DNA from: Yuukianura sp. NJ FZ-2021
Taxonomy: Eukaryota
Assembly: GCA_046563655.1 (NCBI GenBank)
Contig: CM102287.1
Coordinates: 3,348,001-3,412,000 of the forward strand
Direction: 5' to 3'
DNA length: 64,000 bases
Shown here piece by piece: positions 62,840-64,000 of the stretch. The position numbers and the translations under genes are program-made. Within the stretch, counting starts at the first letter, position 1, and every line of letters starts with the position of its first letter. The notes under the pieces are model-generated. The model saw only the letters and a program-made list of their open reading frames with translations, was not told the origin of the DNA and made no database searches.

Positions 62840-63692
62840 ACGTCAAGGTTTAAAAAACGCCGCCATTGAATCTTCATTATTCATCAATTTTTAAAATATT
62901 CCGAAGATTCCGTTTTATTTAAATTTAATTTATATTTTAAAACTAATTATACCTGTACAATTAAGTTTAAAGTCATCAATAAAATTCTGATACCCCCGAA
63001 ACTGTTGTCCAAAATTTTTGGCGGGCAACTTTCTCCTTTGCTTTCTTTTCAAATTTTTGGCAAAAAGAAAGGATGAGCAACGCCTAGATTTTCTCTTTTT
63101 GCTTTCTCCTCGGGTAGCGTCGAGAGAAATTTCAGCGATTTCGAAAACTTCAAAATTCAAACTGAGGTCAAAGTTCATCAAAGTCAAAGTTCATAATATT
63201 TCCGTGATCTCCACATTTACAAACTACCGTGACCTTCCTAGTGACCTCGGACTTTGTGGAAACTTTTAAGTTCAAAAGGAATAACTTAGAAGCCAATTTA
63301 AAAAAAATATTGAATTCCTGTAGGTCAACTAATTTTAAATGTCAGTTAATTTGTTGTTCCATCTTCGAAAAACTTACGTGTTCTTACGTAATCCCGTCTT
63401 ACGTGTCTGACGTGTAACGTATTTTACGTGTAACGTGTTTCACGTGTTTTCTTGACAGGTGACGAAGATGAAGGGGTAAGCCTTAACTGGGTCAGTAGGT
63501 CACAGTCTCCTCCTTGCCACAACTCACAACACAGCAACCATTTACTTCATCACAACTTATAACTTCACAAACTGCAACAACTTTTCAAAATTTTAGATTT
63601 TTAAACAATGTCTAAAAATGACACGTTTCAAAATAGGATTCCACTTTATAAAAAAATTAACATTCAAAAAATAGTTTAGAACAAAATCAAGA

Positions 63693-64000
63693 ATGCCGAG
63701 AGCAGAATCGTTTCAGCTCTTGTTCTTCCTCATGTCAGCAATACTTGCCAGGACTTCATCAGTACAAGGTAAGTAGCCTCAATTCACCAAGGTCAATGAC
63801 CTCACCGTGACCTCAATTGAATCACGAAGTTCAATGACCTCGTGACCTCTCTTTTTTTCAGCGTTGTCGTGCTACCAATGTCTTCAACTACCTTGTGAGT
63901 CCTCCTCACTTTGTCACTCCATCAAGCTGTCCATGTCCAACATTTTCTTTGCGCGCCGAAACCACTTGGAGTTCAACCCGAACGTGACATGCCCTTCGGC
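63693..64000 (+). CDS. 5' part of a secreted Ly6/uPAR three-finger-type protein (truncated by the window end)
   Basis: Exon 63693-63768 encodes a signal peptide (MPRAESFQLLFFLMSAILARTSSVQ), then a phase-1 GT-AG intron. The exon from 63862 reads ALSCYQCLQLPC...C...C; LxCYxC directly after a signal peptide and phase-1 intron is the typical Ly6/quiver-like start. Confidence 0.65.

Overview
Eukaryotic (metazoan, compact-intron) genomic window with two sharply different halves. Bases 1 to ~45,930 are a head-to-tail ~127-bp AT-rich satellite array of roughly 360 monomers that runs off the left edge. It is near-homogeneous on the left and progressively more diverged toward its right edge. It carries a local 5-monomer higher-order period (~26-30 kb) and a 5'-truncated poly(A)-tailed insertion at ~44.6 kb, a 28-bp piece of which also appears inside a monomer 1.4 kb away. 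All 42-aa-repeat minus-strand ORFs there are artefacts of the satellite. The ~2-kb junction holds a tRNA-like B-box fragment, stray satellite fragments and a PIF/Harbinger-type MITE with perfect 45-bp inverted repeats. The remaining ~16 kb is gene-dense: a 12-exon APC (adenomatous polyposis coli) homolog, an unassigned 398-aa LRR-like/proline-rich gene, a TMEM237-like four-TM gene (minus strand), a 59-bp minisatellite, phosphoserine aminotransferase (PSAT1), and the 5' end of a Ly6/three-finger secreted protein. Two of the inferred introns need GC-AG splicing. I found no convincing new multi-gene system; the most interesting signals concern satellite evolution, the satellite/gene boundary and APC motif content. 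Exon models were built by hand from splice signals and reading frame.
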